Notes: generated by a model not told the origin, from the sequence alone. A DNA stretch of 64,000 bases from an uncultured Eubacteriales bacterium (GCA_934597725.1 CAKTSK010000005.1:21111-85110); one strand, 5' to 3'; positions 39,722 through 49,709 are shown, counted from the first letter of the stretch. Translations and numbers: made by a program.

Positions 39722-40879
39722 TCAGTCGCCGTCGTATGCCTTTTGGAAGATGGCAATGATCTGCTCCTTGGTGGCCTTTCTGGGGTTGGTGGCGGCGGTG
39801 GCGTCCTTCATGGCGTTCTCGGCCATGATCTCGAAGTCCGCCGGGTCCACGCCCAGGCTGCGCAGGTTCTGGGGGATGCCCAGGTAGCGGCCGAAGGTCT
39901 TCAGGCCGTACACGCAGGCCTCGCCGGCCTCGAAGGGAGACATGCCGTCCACGTTGATGTCCATGGCGCGGGCGATGACGGCGAACCGCTCCAGGTTGCC
40001 GATGAGGTTGAACTCCTGGACGTAGGGCAGCAGGATGGCGTTGCACACGCCGTGGGGCAGGTTGTAGTAACCGCCCAGCTGGTGGGCCATGGCGTGGACG
40101 TAGCCCAGGGAGGCGTTGTTGAAGGCAACGCCGGCCAGATACTGGGCATAGGCCATTTCAGAGCGGGCCTTCATGTAGTCGCCGTTGGCCACGGCCTGGG
40201 GCAGGTAGTGGACGATCTTGTCGATGGCCTTGATGGCAGCCGCGTCGGTCAGGGGGTTGGCGGCGGTGGACACATAGGCCTCCACTGCGTGGGTGAGGGC
40301 GTCCATGCCGGTGGCAGCCGTCAGAGAGGCGGGCATCGCCACCATAAGCTCGGGGTCGTTGATGGCGATGGCGGGGGTGACGCGCCAGTCCACGATGCAC
40401 ATTTTCACCTTCCGGGCGGTGTCGGTGATGATGCAGAACCGGGTGATCTCCGAGGCGGTGCCGGCGGTGGTGTTCACGGCCACCAGGGGGGGCAGGGCCT
40501 CATGGGCCTGGTCCACGCCCTCGTAGTCGGCGATCTTGCCGCCGTTGCTGGCCACCAGGCCGATGCCCTTGGCACAGTCGTGGGAGGAGCCGCCGCCCAG
40601 GGAGAGGATGCAGTCGCAGCCGTTTTCGTGGTAGAACTTCTCGCCCTCCACCACGTTGGTGTCCTTGGGGTTGGGCTCGGCCTTGCCAAAGACCACGGAC
40701 TCCACGCCGGCGTCCTGCATGATCTTCTGGATGCGGGCGGCCATGGGGTGGTTGGCCAGGAACGCATCGGTGACGATCATGGCCTTGGTGCCGCCGACGC
40801 TCTTCATCAGGTGGCCGGTCTCCTCCACGGAGCCTTCACCGAACACGTTTCTGCTGGGGACGAAATAATAGGTAGACAT
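39722..40879 (-). CDS. Iron-containing alcohol dehydrogenase
   Basis: Fe-ADH motifs (GGGSSHDCAKG; His-rich metal site). Confidence 0.85.
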   Translation of the reverse strand: MSTYYFVPSRNVFGEGSVEETGHLMKSVGGTKAMIVTDAFLANHPMAARIQKIMQDAGVESVVFGKAEPNPKDTNVVEGEKFYHENGCDCILSLGGGSSHDCAKGIGLVASNGGKIADYEGVDQAHEALPPLVAVNTTAGTASEITRFCIITDTARKVKMCIVDWRVTPAIAINDPELMVAMPASLTAATGMDALTHAVEAYVSTAANPLTDAAAIKAIDKIVHYLPQAVANGDYMKARSEMAYAQYLAGVAFNNASLGYVHAMAHQLGGYYNLPHGVCNAILLPYVQEFNLIGNLERFAVIARAMDINVDGMSPFEAGEACVYGLKTFGRYLGIPQNLRSLGVDPADFEIMAENAMKDATAATNPRKATKEQIIAIFQKAYDGD

Positions 40880-41002
40880 ACGCTTTGCATCCTTTCTCAT
40901 GCTATGCTCACCGCCGCGGCACGGGCCAGGGCGCGTTTTGGGTTGGAAAAAGGACGGAGGGGTTCTTTGCCCCCTCCGTCCTGCGGATGGAACGACAAAT
41001 GA

Positions 41003-42496
41003 TTACTTTTGCGGATAGAAGCCGGACGGCGTCTCGTTGAGGTTGATCATGATGTTCTTCTGCTGGGTGTAGTGCTCCAGGATGACCTTGTGGGTCTCCC
41101 GGCCGATGCCGGACTGCTTGTAGCCGCCGAAGGGCGCGCCGGCAGGGATCATGTTGTAGGTGTTGACCCACATCCGGCCGGTCTCCACGGCACGGGCCAC
41201 CCGGAAGGCGCGGTTGATGTCCTGGGTCCACACAGCGCCGCCCAGACCGTAGACGGAGTCGTTGGCCATGGCGATGACCTCTTCCTCGGTCTTGAACTTG
41301 ATGACCACGGCCACCGGCCCGAAGATCTCCTCCTGGGCCACGCGCATGTTGTTGTTGGCGTTGACGATGAGGGTGGGCTTCATGAAGGCGCCGTTGGCGC
41401 AGGCGCCCTCCTTGCAGGGCTCGCCGCCGCAGGCGATGGTGGCGCCCTCTTCCTTGGCCAGCTCCACATAGGACATGATCTTCTTCAGCTGGCCCTGGTC
41501 CACCTGGGAGCCCATCTGGGTGTTGGGGTCCAGAGGATCGCCCACGGTGACGTTGTTGAAGGCCTTGACGGCAGCTTCCACAAACTTGTCATAGATGCTC
41601 TCCTGGACAAAGACCCGGGAGCCGGCGCAGCAGACCTGGCCCTGGTTGAAGAGGATGCCCAGCTGCAGGCCGTCGATGGCGCGGTCCCAGTCGCAGTCCT
41701 CAAAGAAGATGTTGGCGCTCTTGCCGCCCAGCTCCAGGGTGGCGGGGATGAGCTTGTCGGCGGCTGCCTTGGCCACGTCCAGGCCCACCTCGGTGGAGCC
41801 GGTGAAGGCCAGCTTGCGGAAGCCGGGGTGGTCCAGCATATACTGGCCGGCGCGGCCGCCGCCGCCGGTGACCACGTTCAGCACGCCGGGGGGCAGCAGG
41901 TGGCCGATGAGCTTGACCAGCGTCAGCACGCTCAGGGAGGTGGTGGAGGAGGGCTTGAAGACCACGCAGTCGCCGGCGGCCAGGGCGGGGGCCAGCTTCC
42001 AGGCGGCCATCAGGAAGGGGAAGTTCCAGGGCACGATCTGCCCCACCACGCCGATGGGCTCGTGGAGGATGATGTTCATAAAGTGGCCCACATGGTCCTT
42101 CAGGACGCTGGCGGTGCCTTCCTCGGTGCGGATGGCCCCGGCGAAGTACCGGAAGTGATCGGAGGAATAGGGCACGTCGATGGTCATGGTCTCGCGGATG
42201 GGCTTGCCGTTGTCCATGGACTCGATGGTGGCCAGCAGCTCCTTGTTCTCGTCGATGATATCGGCGATCTTCATCAGGATGTCTGCCCGCTTGTCCGGCT
42301 CCAGATCCCGCCAGGCGGGGAAGGCAGCCCAGGCAGCCTGCACGGCAGCATCCACATCTTCCTTGGTGGCCTCGGCGCACTCAGCCAGCTTTTCGCCGGT
42401 GGCGGGGTTGGTGGTGGTGAAAACTCTTCCGTCGGAAGAGGGGACCCACTGCCCGTTGATGTAGAGATCGTACTTTGCATCCAGATTGACTTTCAT
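41003..42496 (-). CDS. NAD(P)-dependent aldehyde dehydrogenase
   Basis: ALDH signatures (ELGGKSANI, FNQGQVCCAGSR); RBS AAAGGAG. Confidence 0.9.
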   Translation of the reverse strand: MKVNLDAKYDLYINGQWVPSSDGRVFTTTNPATGEKLAECAEATKEDVDAAVQAAWAAFPAWRDLEPDKRADILMKIADIIDENKELLATIESMDNGKPIRETMTIDVPYSSDHFRYFAGAIRTEEGTASVLKDHVGHFMNIILHEPIGVVGQIVPWNFPFLMAAWKLAPALAAGDCVVFKPSSTTSLSVLTLVKLIGHLLPPGVLNVVTGGGGRAGQYMLDHPGFRKLAFTGSTEVGLDVAKAAADKLIPATLELGGKSANIFFEDCDWDRAIDGLQLGILFNQGQVCCAGSRVFVQESIYDKFVEAAVKAFNNVTVGDPLDPNTQMGSQVDQGQLKKIMSYVELAKEEGATIACGGEPCKEGACANGAFMKPTLIVNANNNMRVAQEEIFGPVAVVIKFKTEEEVIAMANDSVYGLGGAVWTQDINRAFRVARAVETGRMWVNTYNMIPAGAPFGGYKQSGIGRETHKVILEHYTQQKNIMINLNETPSGFYPQK

Positions 42497-42671
42497 GATT
42501 CGGTGCTCCTTTCTATTCTTACGAAACGACATTCCATTTGTTTGTTCCCCTGGTCGTTTCTTTCCTATCTTCTTCTTTTCAAGAAGTTTTCTTCTTGATT
42601 CCTGCTATTGTTATACCACAGCGCCAGATTTTTGGGAAACACCGAAAACTAATGGAAGCTATCACAAAAAC

Positions 42672-43577
42672 TTATCGCTCCTCCGCCAGCCCCTCCTGGT
42701 CGTCCCGGATGAGCTGGAAAAACTGCTCGGCAGACACGCTCACCGGGGGCAGCGCCCGCAGGGCCAGCGTCCGCAGCAGAAAGGAGTCTCCCTCGATCGA
42801 AAACACGCTCACGTCCCGGGTCAGCTTCTCCACCATGCTACCGGGGATGGCGGCGATGCCTAGGCCGGCCTGGACCAGAATGGTGGCCTCCAGATAGGTC
42901 TTGACCCGCTGGATGGGGTTCTCCCCCAGCCCCAGGCGGGCATAGTAGCCGGGCAGGGGTTGCTCCTGGGCCTCGTCGCCGGTGCCCTCCACCCGGAAGA
43001 TGGTCTGGCCCGCCAGCTCCGTGGGCGAGACGTACTTCCGCCCGGCCAGGGGGGTGTGGGGGCCGGTGATGAACTTGGCCCGCTCGCAGCTCAGCTCCAG
43101 GGCCTCGAAGCGGCGGCCCAGGTTCAGGCCGTAGTCGGGCACGATGATCACGTCCAGCTCTTCCTTGCTCAGGGCCTCCAGGATCTCCTCCCGGCCCCCC
43201 TCCCGCAGGGTGATGGCCGCCTCGGGGTGCAGCTGGCGGAAGCGGCGCAGATAGCCGGGCAGGGTCTCCTGGACAAAGGCCCCGTGGATGCCCAGGCGCA
43301 GATCCCACTTCACCCCGTCGGCAATGGCCCGGGCCTGCCGGACGGCGCTGCCGTACTGGTCCATGACGCTCTGACATTGCTGGGCGAAGTAAGCCCCGGC
43401 GGGGGTGAGGCGGACGGACGCGCCCCCCCGGTCGAAGAGCTTGAAGCCCAGCTCCTCCTCAAACTGCTTGATCTGCTGGCTGATGGCCGCCTGGGCCACA
43501 TAGCATTCCCGGGCTGCCTTGGTAAAATTCAGGTGTCTGGCCACCGCCAAAAAATACTCGATCCTGCGAAAACTCAT
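42672..43577 (-). CDS. LysR-family transcriptional regulator
   Basis: LysR HTH (NFTKAARECYVAQAAISQQIKQFE). Confidence 0.85.
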   Translation of the reverse strand: MSFRRIEYFLAVARHLNFTKAARECYVAQAAISQQIKQFEEELGFKLFDRGGASVRLTPAGAYFAQQCQSVMDQYGSAVRQARAIADGVKWDLRLGIHGAFVQETLPGYLRRFRQLHPEAAITLREGGREEILEALSKEELDVIIVPDYGLNLGRRFEALELSCERAKFITGPHTPLAGRKYVSPTELAGQTIFRVEGTGDEAQEQPLPGYYARLGLGENPIQRVKTYLEATILVQAGLGIAAIPGSMVEKLTRDVSVFSIEGDSFLLRTLALRALPPVSVSAEQFFQLIRDDQEGLAEER

Positions 43578-43697
43578 AGCCGCTCCTTTCTGAACAAAGG
43601 GATATCCCCCTTATTGTAGCCGCTTCCTGTCGTTTGTAAAGACAAAAAGCCGGCGTCTCCCCCCAAAGGGGAAACGCCGGTCTGGGTCCGGGCCCGG

Positions 43698-44132
43698 TCA
43701 GGGCTCCAGATAGTAGTCAAAGCCGTAGCAGCTTTTCTCAAAGCCGTAGATCTCGTAGAAGCGGTGAGCCTGGGTGCGGGGCATCCCGGAGTCCAGCACC
43801 AGGGCCTTGCAGCCCCGGGCCTTGGCCAGTTCCTTGGCGTGGTCCATGAGCTTGACGCCGCAGCCCTTGCCCCGCTCATTCTCGTTGGTGATGATGCTGG
43901 AGACGTAGCAGGTCATGCCGGAGAGCCAGAAGGTATTGAAGTAAGCCCCGTGGCAGAAACCGTGATACTCGTCCCCGTCCATGAGGAAAAAGGCGAAGCT
44001 GTTCTCGTCGGCCAGCACGTCGGCATAGACCTTGCGAATGACCTCTTTGTCATAGGTGTTGTAGGTCCACAGCTTTTCGATGTAGTCAAAGGCCACGTCG
44101 AAGTCCGCCATGGTCGCGGTTTTGAATTCCAT
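43698..44132 (-). CDS. GNAT-family N-acetyltransferase
   Basis: 144 aa; GNAT motif A (RGKGCGVKLMDHAKELA). Confidence 0.8.
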   Translation of the reverse strand: MEFKTATMADFDVAFDYIEKLWTYNTYDKEVIRKVYADVLADENSFAFFLMDGDEYHGFCHGAYFNTFWLSGMTCYVSSIITNENERGKGCGVKLMDHAKELAKARGCKALVLDSGMPRTQAHRFYEIYGFEKSCYGFDYYLEP

Positions 44133-44368
44133 AGTCCGTCCTCCCTTTCACAGGTTCAGTCTGTTTTTTTATTATAATCCCATCCACCCCGGCCTGTCAA
44201 ACCTTTTTTCGCCGTTTTCCCCATGACGCGCGCCGGTTTTTCCGGCAGGATTGGGCAGTATCACAGCCTCATTCCCTGACAAAGCCCCCTTCCTTGTGCA
44301 TTGACCTTTTGCGGCAAAGTTGATACGATAGAAAAAAAGCCCGCCTGCGCGGAGGAGGATATTGCACG

Positions 44369-45343
44369 ATGAAAACACGGATCACCGAACTCTTTGGCAT
44401 TGAATACCCCATCGTCCAGGGGGCCATGCAGTGGCTGTCCAAGCCCCGTCTGGCCGCCGCTGTCTCCAACGCCGGCGGGCTGGGGACCATCAACATGACC
44501 ACCTACGAAAGCCCCGAGGATTTTCAGGCGGGCATCCAGCAGATGAAGCGCCTGACGGACAAGCCCTTTTCCGTCAACCTCTCCCTGCTGCCCGACACCA
44601 AGCCCGACGGCCCCATCAAGGGCTTTCTGGAGGCCATCGTGGCCGAAGGGGTCTCCATCGTGGAGACCGCCGGCAGCTCCCCCAAGCCCTTTATGGACAC
44701 CCTCAAGGGGGCCGGCTGTCTGGTCATGCACAAGATCCCCGACTCCCGCTTTGCCCACACCGCCCAGGAGGTGGGCTGCGACGCGGTGTGCATCGTGGGC
44801 TATGAGGGGGGCGGCCACCCGGGCATGGCCGGGGTGGGGTCCATGGTCCAGTGGCCCCTGACCACCGAGCGCTGCACCCTGCCCGTGGTGGGGGCCGGGG
44901 GCGTGTGCGACGGCCGCACCCTCTACGCCGCCCTGGCCCTGGGGCTGGACGGGGTGATGGTGGGCACCCGCTTCCTCATGGCCGAGGAGACCGCCATCGG
45001 CCCCCGCCTGCGCCAGACCATTCTGGAGGCCCGGGAGACCGACACCGTCCTCACCCAGACCAGCATCCGCAACGCCCTGCGCTCCTTGAAGACCCAGGGG
45101 GCGCTGGACATCATCGAGTTTGAAAAGGGCCACCCCACCTTTGACGAGCTGTATCCCCTCATCCGCGGCACCGTCACCCGGGCCGCTTATGAGCAGGACG
45201 ACCCCCAGGCCGCCCAGATCGCCATGGGCCAGGTGCTGGGCCGCATCCACGACGTGAAGCCCGCCGCCCAGATCATCCGGGACATGGTGGACGAGTGCCG
45301 GCAGATGCACCGGCGGGTCAGCGGCCTGCTGGGGCTGCCGTAA
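44369..45343 (+). CDS. Nitronate monooxygenase / FMN-dependent NPD-family oxidoreductase (FabK-like)
   Basis: MKTRITELFGIEYPIVQGAMQWLS...GGLGTI; promoter TTGACC...TACGAT upstream. Confidence 0.85.
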   Translation: MKTRITELFGIEYPIVQGAMQWLSKPRLAAAVSNAGGLGTINMTTYESPEDFQAGIQQMKRLTDKPFSVNLSLLPDTKPDGPIKGFLEAIVAEGVSIVETAGSSPKPFMDTLKGAGCLVMHKIPDSRFAHTAQEVGCDAVCIVGYEGGGHPGMAGVGSMVQWPLTTERCTLPVVGAGGVCDGRTLYAALALGLDGVMVGTRFLMAEETAIGPRLRQTILEARETDTVLTQTSIRNALRSLKTQGALDIIEFEKGHPTFDELYPLIRGTVTRAAYEQDDPQAAQIAMGQVLGRIHDVKPAAQIIRDMVDECRQMHRRVSGLLGLP

Positions 45344-45356
45344 GGAGGGCCGCCTG

Positions 45357-45878
45357 TTGCTTGTCTATCTTCAGGCCATCGGCGACCCCCGGGAGAAGGA
45401 CCGGTTCGTTCTCCTGTACGAAACCTACCGGGACATGATGTTCCGGGTGGCCAACCGTATTTTGCACAACGACCAGGACGCCGAGGACGCAGTCCACGAC
45501 GCTTTTGTGGTCCTGGCGGAACAAATGCAAAAATTTTCTTTTTTGGAGCGTCACAAAACCAAGGCCTTGCTCGTTACTATTGTTGAGAACAAAGCCATCG
45601 ACCGCTACCGGCAGAAGGCCCGCCGGGCGGAGGCCCCCCTGACAGAGGAGATCCACGGCGTCCAGCCCCCGCCGGAGGCCGAGGCCAGCGCCCTGGCCCA
45701 GTGCGTGCTGCGCCTGCCCGGGCGGTACCGGGCGTTCCTGCGGCTGAAGTACCAGCTGGGCTACAGCACCCGGGAGATCGCGGCCCTGATGGAATTGTCC
45801 TGGCCGGCGGCCCGCAAGCTGGAACAGCGGGCCAAGGAAAAACTGCGTGAACTTTGTGAAGAGGAGGGGATTTTATGA
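45357..45878 (+). CDS. ECF-type RNA polymerase sigma-70 factor
   Basis: Sigma region 2 (DAEDAVHDAFVVL...AIDRYR) and region 4 (YSTREIAALMELSWPAARKLEQRA). Confidence 0.8.
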   Translation: MLVYLQAIGDPREKDRFVLLYETYRDMMFRVANRILHNDQDAEDAVHDAFVVLAEQMQKFSFLERHKTKALLVTIVENKAIDRYRQKARRAEAPLTEEIHGVQPPPEAEASALAQCVLRLPGRYRAFLRLKYQLGYSTREIAALMELSWPAARKLEQRAKEKLRELCEEEGIL

Positions 45879-46576
45879 AAGAACCATTTGACGACCAATG
45901 GGAAGAACAGCTGCGTCAGGCGGTCTGCGAGGCCGGGGACCTGCTGGACGCCGGGTTCCCGGTGGAGGACCCCCACCCCCACGACTTCTCCCACGACTTC
46001 GAGCAGTCCATGGACCACCTGCTGCACCGCCGCAGGCACCGCCCTGCTTTCCGGCAGGTCGGGCGGGTGGCCTGCGCGGTGCTGCTTCTCTTCGCAGGCA
46101 GTGTGTCTTTCTTCCCTGCCAGTGCCCAGGCACGAGAAATCTTCTTCGACTGGGTAAGTGAGCAATCAGAGGGCGCACAGCGATACTTCCATACAGGCGA
46201 TGCCACCTTCTCCGGCGCAATCGTACACTATCAAATCGACGTACCAGAAGGGTACTTACTGAAAGAGGAACACCGTTCTCACTCTTCGTTTAACCAGCTG
46301 TATTTGAATGATTCTGAGCAGTTCATTGGTTTTTCCTATCAATATGAGACAGAAAACTCCAGTAGTTCCCTATTTGTGATGGACGGTGATGCAGATAAAA
46401 AATCCGTCTATGTTCACAACACCCCCGCAGACCTCTACCTATCGCATGACCCTACTTCCTCCAATACGATTGTTTGGACCGACGAAAAAACAGGGGCCTT
46501 GCTTGAAATCTCCGCTTTGCTCAATGAGTCTGAACTTATTTCCTTGGCAGAAACCGCTACTCCCATGGCCAGCTAA
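45875..46576 (+). CDS. Putative anti-sigma factor (single TM, DUF4367-like extracytoplasmic domain)
   Basis: ATGA overlap with the sigma gene; cytoplasmic N-terminus, TM (VACAVLLLFAGSVSFF), extracellular C-terminal domain; GC drops sharply from ~46130. Confidence 0.6.
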   Translation: MKEPFDDQWEEQLRQAVCEAGDLLDAGFPVEDPHPHDFSHDFEQSMDHLLHRRRHRPAFRQVGRVACAVLLLFAGSVSFFPASAQAREIFFDWVSEQSEGAQRYFHTGDATFSGAIVHYQIDVPEGYLLKEEHRSHSSFNQLYLNDSEQFIGFSYQYETENSSSSLFVMDGDADKKSVYVHNTPADLYLSHDPTSSNTIVWTDEKTGALLEISALLNESELISLAETATPMAS

Positions 46577-46688
46577 TGTTGTTTCCAGAAAATTTTTAAA
46601 AAATTTGAAAAAATTAAAAATCTAGTGTCACAAATCGACGCCCTCGTTCGTTACTATAGATAGAACGACAAGAAAGGAGGTGATTTCT

Positions 46689-47045
46689 ATGATCAAGCGT
46701 TTGTTGGCACTGACGTTAGCGTTGGTGATGCTCCTTGGCGTCTCCGCTCAGGCAGCGGAACCTTCCAGATCTCCCGTCGCAGCGCCATCCTTAGTGTTCA
46801 GTGGAACCACGGCAACTTGTTCCGTAACTATCCGCAGCGGCAAACCCACCGACCAAATTGCCGCCACAGCCAAGTTATGGAACGGCGGGACCTGCCTGAG
46901 AACCTGGCGTAAGAGCGGCACTCTGCAAGTTTATTTAACGGGAACTGCAACTGTATCCCGCAACAAAACTTACAGACTGACCGTTGACTACACAGTGAAC
47001 GGGATCGCGCAACCCCAGAAATCAGTGACAAGAACCTGTACCTGA
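46689..47045 (+). CDS. Secreted hypothetical protein (118 aa) with signal peptide
   Basis: MIKRLLALTLALVMLLGVSAQA signal; 3 Cys; RBS GGAGGTG. Confidence 0.5.
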   Translation: MIKRLLALTLALVMLLGVSAQAAEPSRSPVAAPSLVFSGTTATCSVTIRSGKPTDQIAATAKLWNGGTCLRTWRKSGTLQVYLTGTATVSRNKTYRLTVDYTVNGIAQPQKSVTRTCT

Positions 47046-47101
47046 CCACCCCAAGACAAGAACGTATCCTCAACAACTGAATGTCAACAAAGGAGGACAT
47101 C

Positions 47102-47326
47102 ATGAAAAAACGTATGATTTCGTTGGTCCTGGCTATTTGCCTTTCCACCTCGCTTGCAATACCCGTTGGAGCAAGTAACATAAGTCAAACATCCTCTTCC
47201 ACGACCCTTAGTAACGGCACTAGTGTCACGCTTCAGGAAATCGCTCCCGGAACATATGCCTTGGAACCAATGAATTCCAATCAGGCAGGCAATGTTGTAT
47301 CTGCAAAAGTTGTTACAGCTTTCTGA
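47102..47326 (+). CDS. Small secreted hypothetical protein (75 aa); possibly the N-terminus of a frameshifted larger gene
   Basis: MKKRMISLVLAICLSTSLAIPVGA signal; overlaps the next ORF by 35 nt across an A4 tract; low GC. Confidence 0.4.
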   Translation: MKKRMISLVLAICLSTSLAIPVGASNISQTSSSTTLSNGTSVTLQEIAPGTYALEPMNSNQAGNVVSAKVVTAF

Positions 47327-48086
47327 AACGGCGTACCTGGGTAAAGCAGGTAGAAACAATTATGTTCGACTGGATAAAATCGACATCAATGTAGATTCCT
47401 TCGACAAAAATGACGCGTTATTTGCCCAGTACGATATCTCGCAAAACATTTTGCGTGATGTTCAAGAAACCATAGATTTTGCCAACGAATGGAATAACGA
47501 TCAGCTGGAGATTTCGCTGTATGCAATGCCTCCCGAATATACGACTGTCAACGGCAGTGAATACCGGAATACTTATGTTGAATCGCGAAACTCATCCTTC
47601 AAGCCAATAGATGTATCTGGCATCAATACCAAAAGCCACCTGGATTCTGCCATCGACTTTTCTTTAATTATCGCCGGTGCCGCGATTGCTACTCCCGTTG
47701 TGAATTTTGTCACTAGCGGGATCAGCCTTTTTAAACTTTACTTACAGCAGACTAAACTCACTACTGTTACAGGTGATTCTAAAGACTGGGCCTATACATC
47801 GATTTTCTATGACAAGATTGTCAAGCATACCGCAATCAAGCGTCCAGCGGGATGGATGGAAGGTTGTATCTCTCAAAAACTCTGGCTCAACAAAACTTCC
47901 ACATGGGCACATTTTACAAAATCTGGCAAGCCGGATGAAAAACTCGACAGTACGATCAACAAAGTATTCTATACTAAAAACTGGTCGAACTGCTACACTG
48001 TGACATTCAACAACTGGGCTACGGGTGCTGTGAAAGATCCGAACATTTCCATGAAGTTCAAGGGTATTACGTGGGTATTCAAATAA
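47292..48086 (+). CDS. Hypothetical protein (264 aa), low-GC, no signal peptide of its own
   Basis: AT-rich codon usage unlike the flanking genes; internal hydrophobic stretch; no confident family match. Confidence 0.45.
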   Translation: MLYLQKLLQLSETAYLGKAGRNNYVRLDKIDINVDSFDKNDALFAQYDISQNILRDVQETIDFANEWNNDQLEISLYAMPPEYTTVNGSEYRNTYVESRNSSFKPIDVSGINTKSHLDSAIDFSLIIAGAAIATPVVNFVTSGISLFKLYLQQTKLTTVTGDSKDWAYTSIFYDKIVKHTAIKRPAGWMEGCISQKLWLNKTSTWAHFTKSGKPDEKLDSTINKVFYTKNWSNCYTVTFNNWATGAVKDPNISMKFKGITWVFK

Positions 48087-48159
48087 CCAACGACACGGAA
48101 TGTATTCTTTCCTTTCCAGTCGGTCTCTCCATCCCACAGTTTAAAGAGAGGTGTTCCTG

Positions 48160-48723
48160 ATGACACGAAAAAAAGCCGTTGGACTGACGCTGCTCCTCCT
48201 CGCCCTCGTGCTGGCAGGGCTGTATTTCCTGCTTCCCCGGCCAGTGGTCCGCTCCCCGGAGACCACCGCCATCACCGGCATCCTGATCGAGTGCGACCCC
48301 TACTACCAGGACGGCCCGGAAGACACCTTCTTCTGGACCCCGGAGACGGAGGCCGACCGGGCCACGGAGCAGGAGATCCTGCACTTTCTCCACCAGAGCA
48401 AAGAGACCCGCACCCTGCGCTGGAAGATCGACCAGCCGCCGCTCCACTGGCGGTGTATGTGGATCTATCTCTCAGACACCCGGGCAACCACGACCCGGCG
48501 GGAGCGCTGCGTTGTCATCGCCCCGGAGAACGTTGACTGGGCCAGCTTTGGCCGCCGCACCACAAACATCTCCCAGGGAAGCACGGGACCGGGTTTTCTG
48601 TGGCGCTTCAACGCGAACCTGAAAGACCCGGCGGCCATCCGCACCTTTGTGCTGGAGGCGTTGGATCTGCCGGCCTCCTACCTGGCCCAGGGGACGGAAA
48701 CCGGCGAAGCCCCGCCGGCGTGA
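48160..48723 (+). CDS. Membrane-anchored hypothetical protein (paralog A)
   Basis: MTRKKAVGLTLLLLALVLAGLYFLL TM anchor plus ~150-aa extracytoplasmic domain; RBS AAAGAGAGGTGTTC nearly identical to paralog B. Confidence 0.55.
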   Translation: MTRKKAVGLTLLLLALVLAGLYFLLPRPVVRSPETTAITGILIECDPYYQDGPEDTFFWTPETEADRATEQEILHFLHQSKETRTLRWKIDQPPLHWRCMWIYLSDTRATTTRRERCVVIAPENVDWASFGRRTTNISQGSTGPGFLWRFNANLKDPAAIRTFVLEALDLPASYLAQGTETGEAPPA

Positions 48724-48774
48724 TGCCGCCGGCTGCGTTGGGCGGTCGTATCCAATCGGAAAGGAGAGTCCCTT

Positions 48775-49017
48775 GTGAATGCTACTCAGAATATGTTGCT
48801 CCTGCTGTTTCTCGTCTTTGGCGTTGCCGTATATGCGCTGGCGGCTATCCTGTTTTTCCTGGTGCAGCACCACCTTCGTAAGGACGGCAGTTCCCGCAGG
48901 CTCGCCCTGGGCTGCTGCGTTGTCGGGGTGCTGTGCGCGGTCTTTGGCCTGCTGCTGTTTATCCTGTATCTCTGGCCGTCCCTTGACTTCCTGCTTCTCG
49001 TCACCCCTACATTTTGA
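48775..49017 (+). CDS. Small 2-TM membrane protein (80 aa)
   Basis: Two hydrophobic helices separated by HHLRKDGSSRR; GTG start after GGAAAGGAGAG. Confidence 0.4.
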   Translation: MNATQNMLLLLFLVFGVAVYALAAILFFLVQHHLRKDGSSRRLALGCCVVGVLCAVFGLLLFILYLWPSLDFLLLVTPTF

Positions 49018-49038
49018 CAGAAAAGAGAGGTGTTCTAC

Positions 49039-49539
49039 ATGACACGAAAAAAAGAAATCGGGCTGCTCGTCGGCCTGCTGGTCCTCACCGGGGTCATCCT
49101 GGTCATCGCGGTCTTTCGTGCGCCCCATGCCATCCTGACAGAGCCGGAGGAAACCACCCTGTACGCGGTCCATCTGCAAAACTTCTCCGGCGACGGCACG
49201 TCCTCCACATGGACCCCCTTGAACCCGGCCCAGCAGCAGACGGCCCAGGAGATCGTGCAGTTTTTGGCCTCCCAGCAGGAGACCTATACCACGCGCGGGG
49301 GACTGCCCACCGGGTATCCCGCCGACTGGGCCTGCATCACGCTGATGCTCAATCTGCCCGACGGCAGTGTACGGAGCGTGATCCTTGGTCCCCCGGATCA
49401 GACGGCGGAGGGCATCAACTGCTCCTATGACGCCTCTGGAAAGAAGATGCTTTTGGGGGGCTTCCAGGGCAACCTCTCGGACCCCATGGAGATCCGCGCC
49501 TTTGTGCTGGACGCGCTGGGGCAGACGGAGGCGGCATAA
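49039..49539 (+). CDS. Membrane-anchored hypothetical protein (paralog B)
   Basis: MTRKKEIGLLVGLLVLTGVILVIAV TM anchor; C-terminus (IRAFVLDALG) similar to paralog A (IRTFVLEALD). Confidence 0.55.
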   Translation: MTRKKEIGLLVGLLVLTGVILVIAVFRAPHAILTEPEETTLYAVHLQNFSGDGTSSTWTPLNPAQQQTAQEIVQFLASQQETYTTRGGLPTGYPADWACITLMLNLPDGSVRSVILGPPDQTAEGINCSYDASGKKMLLGGFQGNLSDPMEIRAFVLDALGQTEAA

Positions 49540-49709
49540 GACAGGAGTTCCCCCAACAGCGCTTGAAAAAGAACACCCCCCACAAGCAAGAAACATATCG
49601 CCATTCGCTTCCCCCGGTGTGCCGCACCGGGGGAATTTTTGTTTCCTGAGAAATTCCTGACAAACGGGCGGTATCCTGTTCTCATCCCAAAGATAAGGAG
49701 CGTTGTGAA

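Noticed and set aside
37596-42598. 816-aa, 492-aa and 529-aa ORFs opposite the aminopeptidase, amidase, ADH and ALDH genes
   Set aside because: All are low-complexity shadow ORFs on the opposite strand of well-supported enzyme genes.
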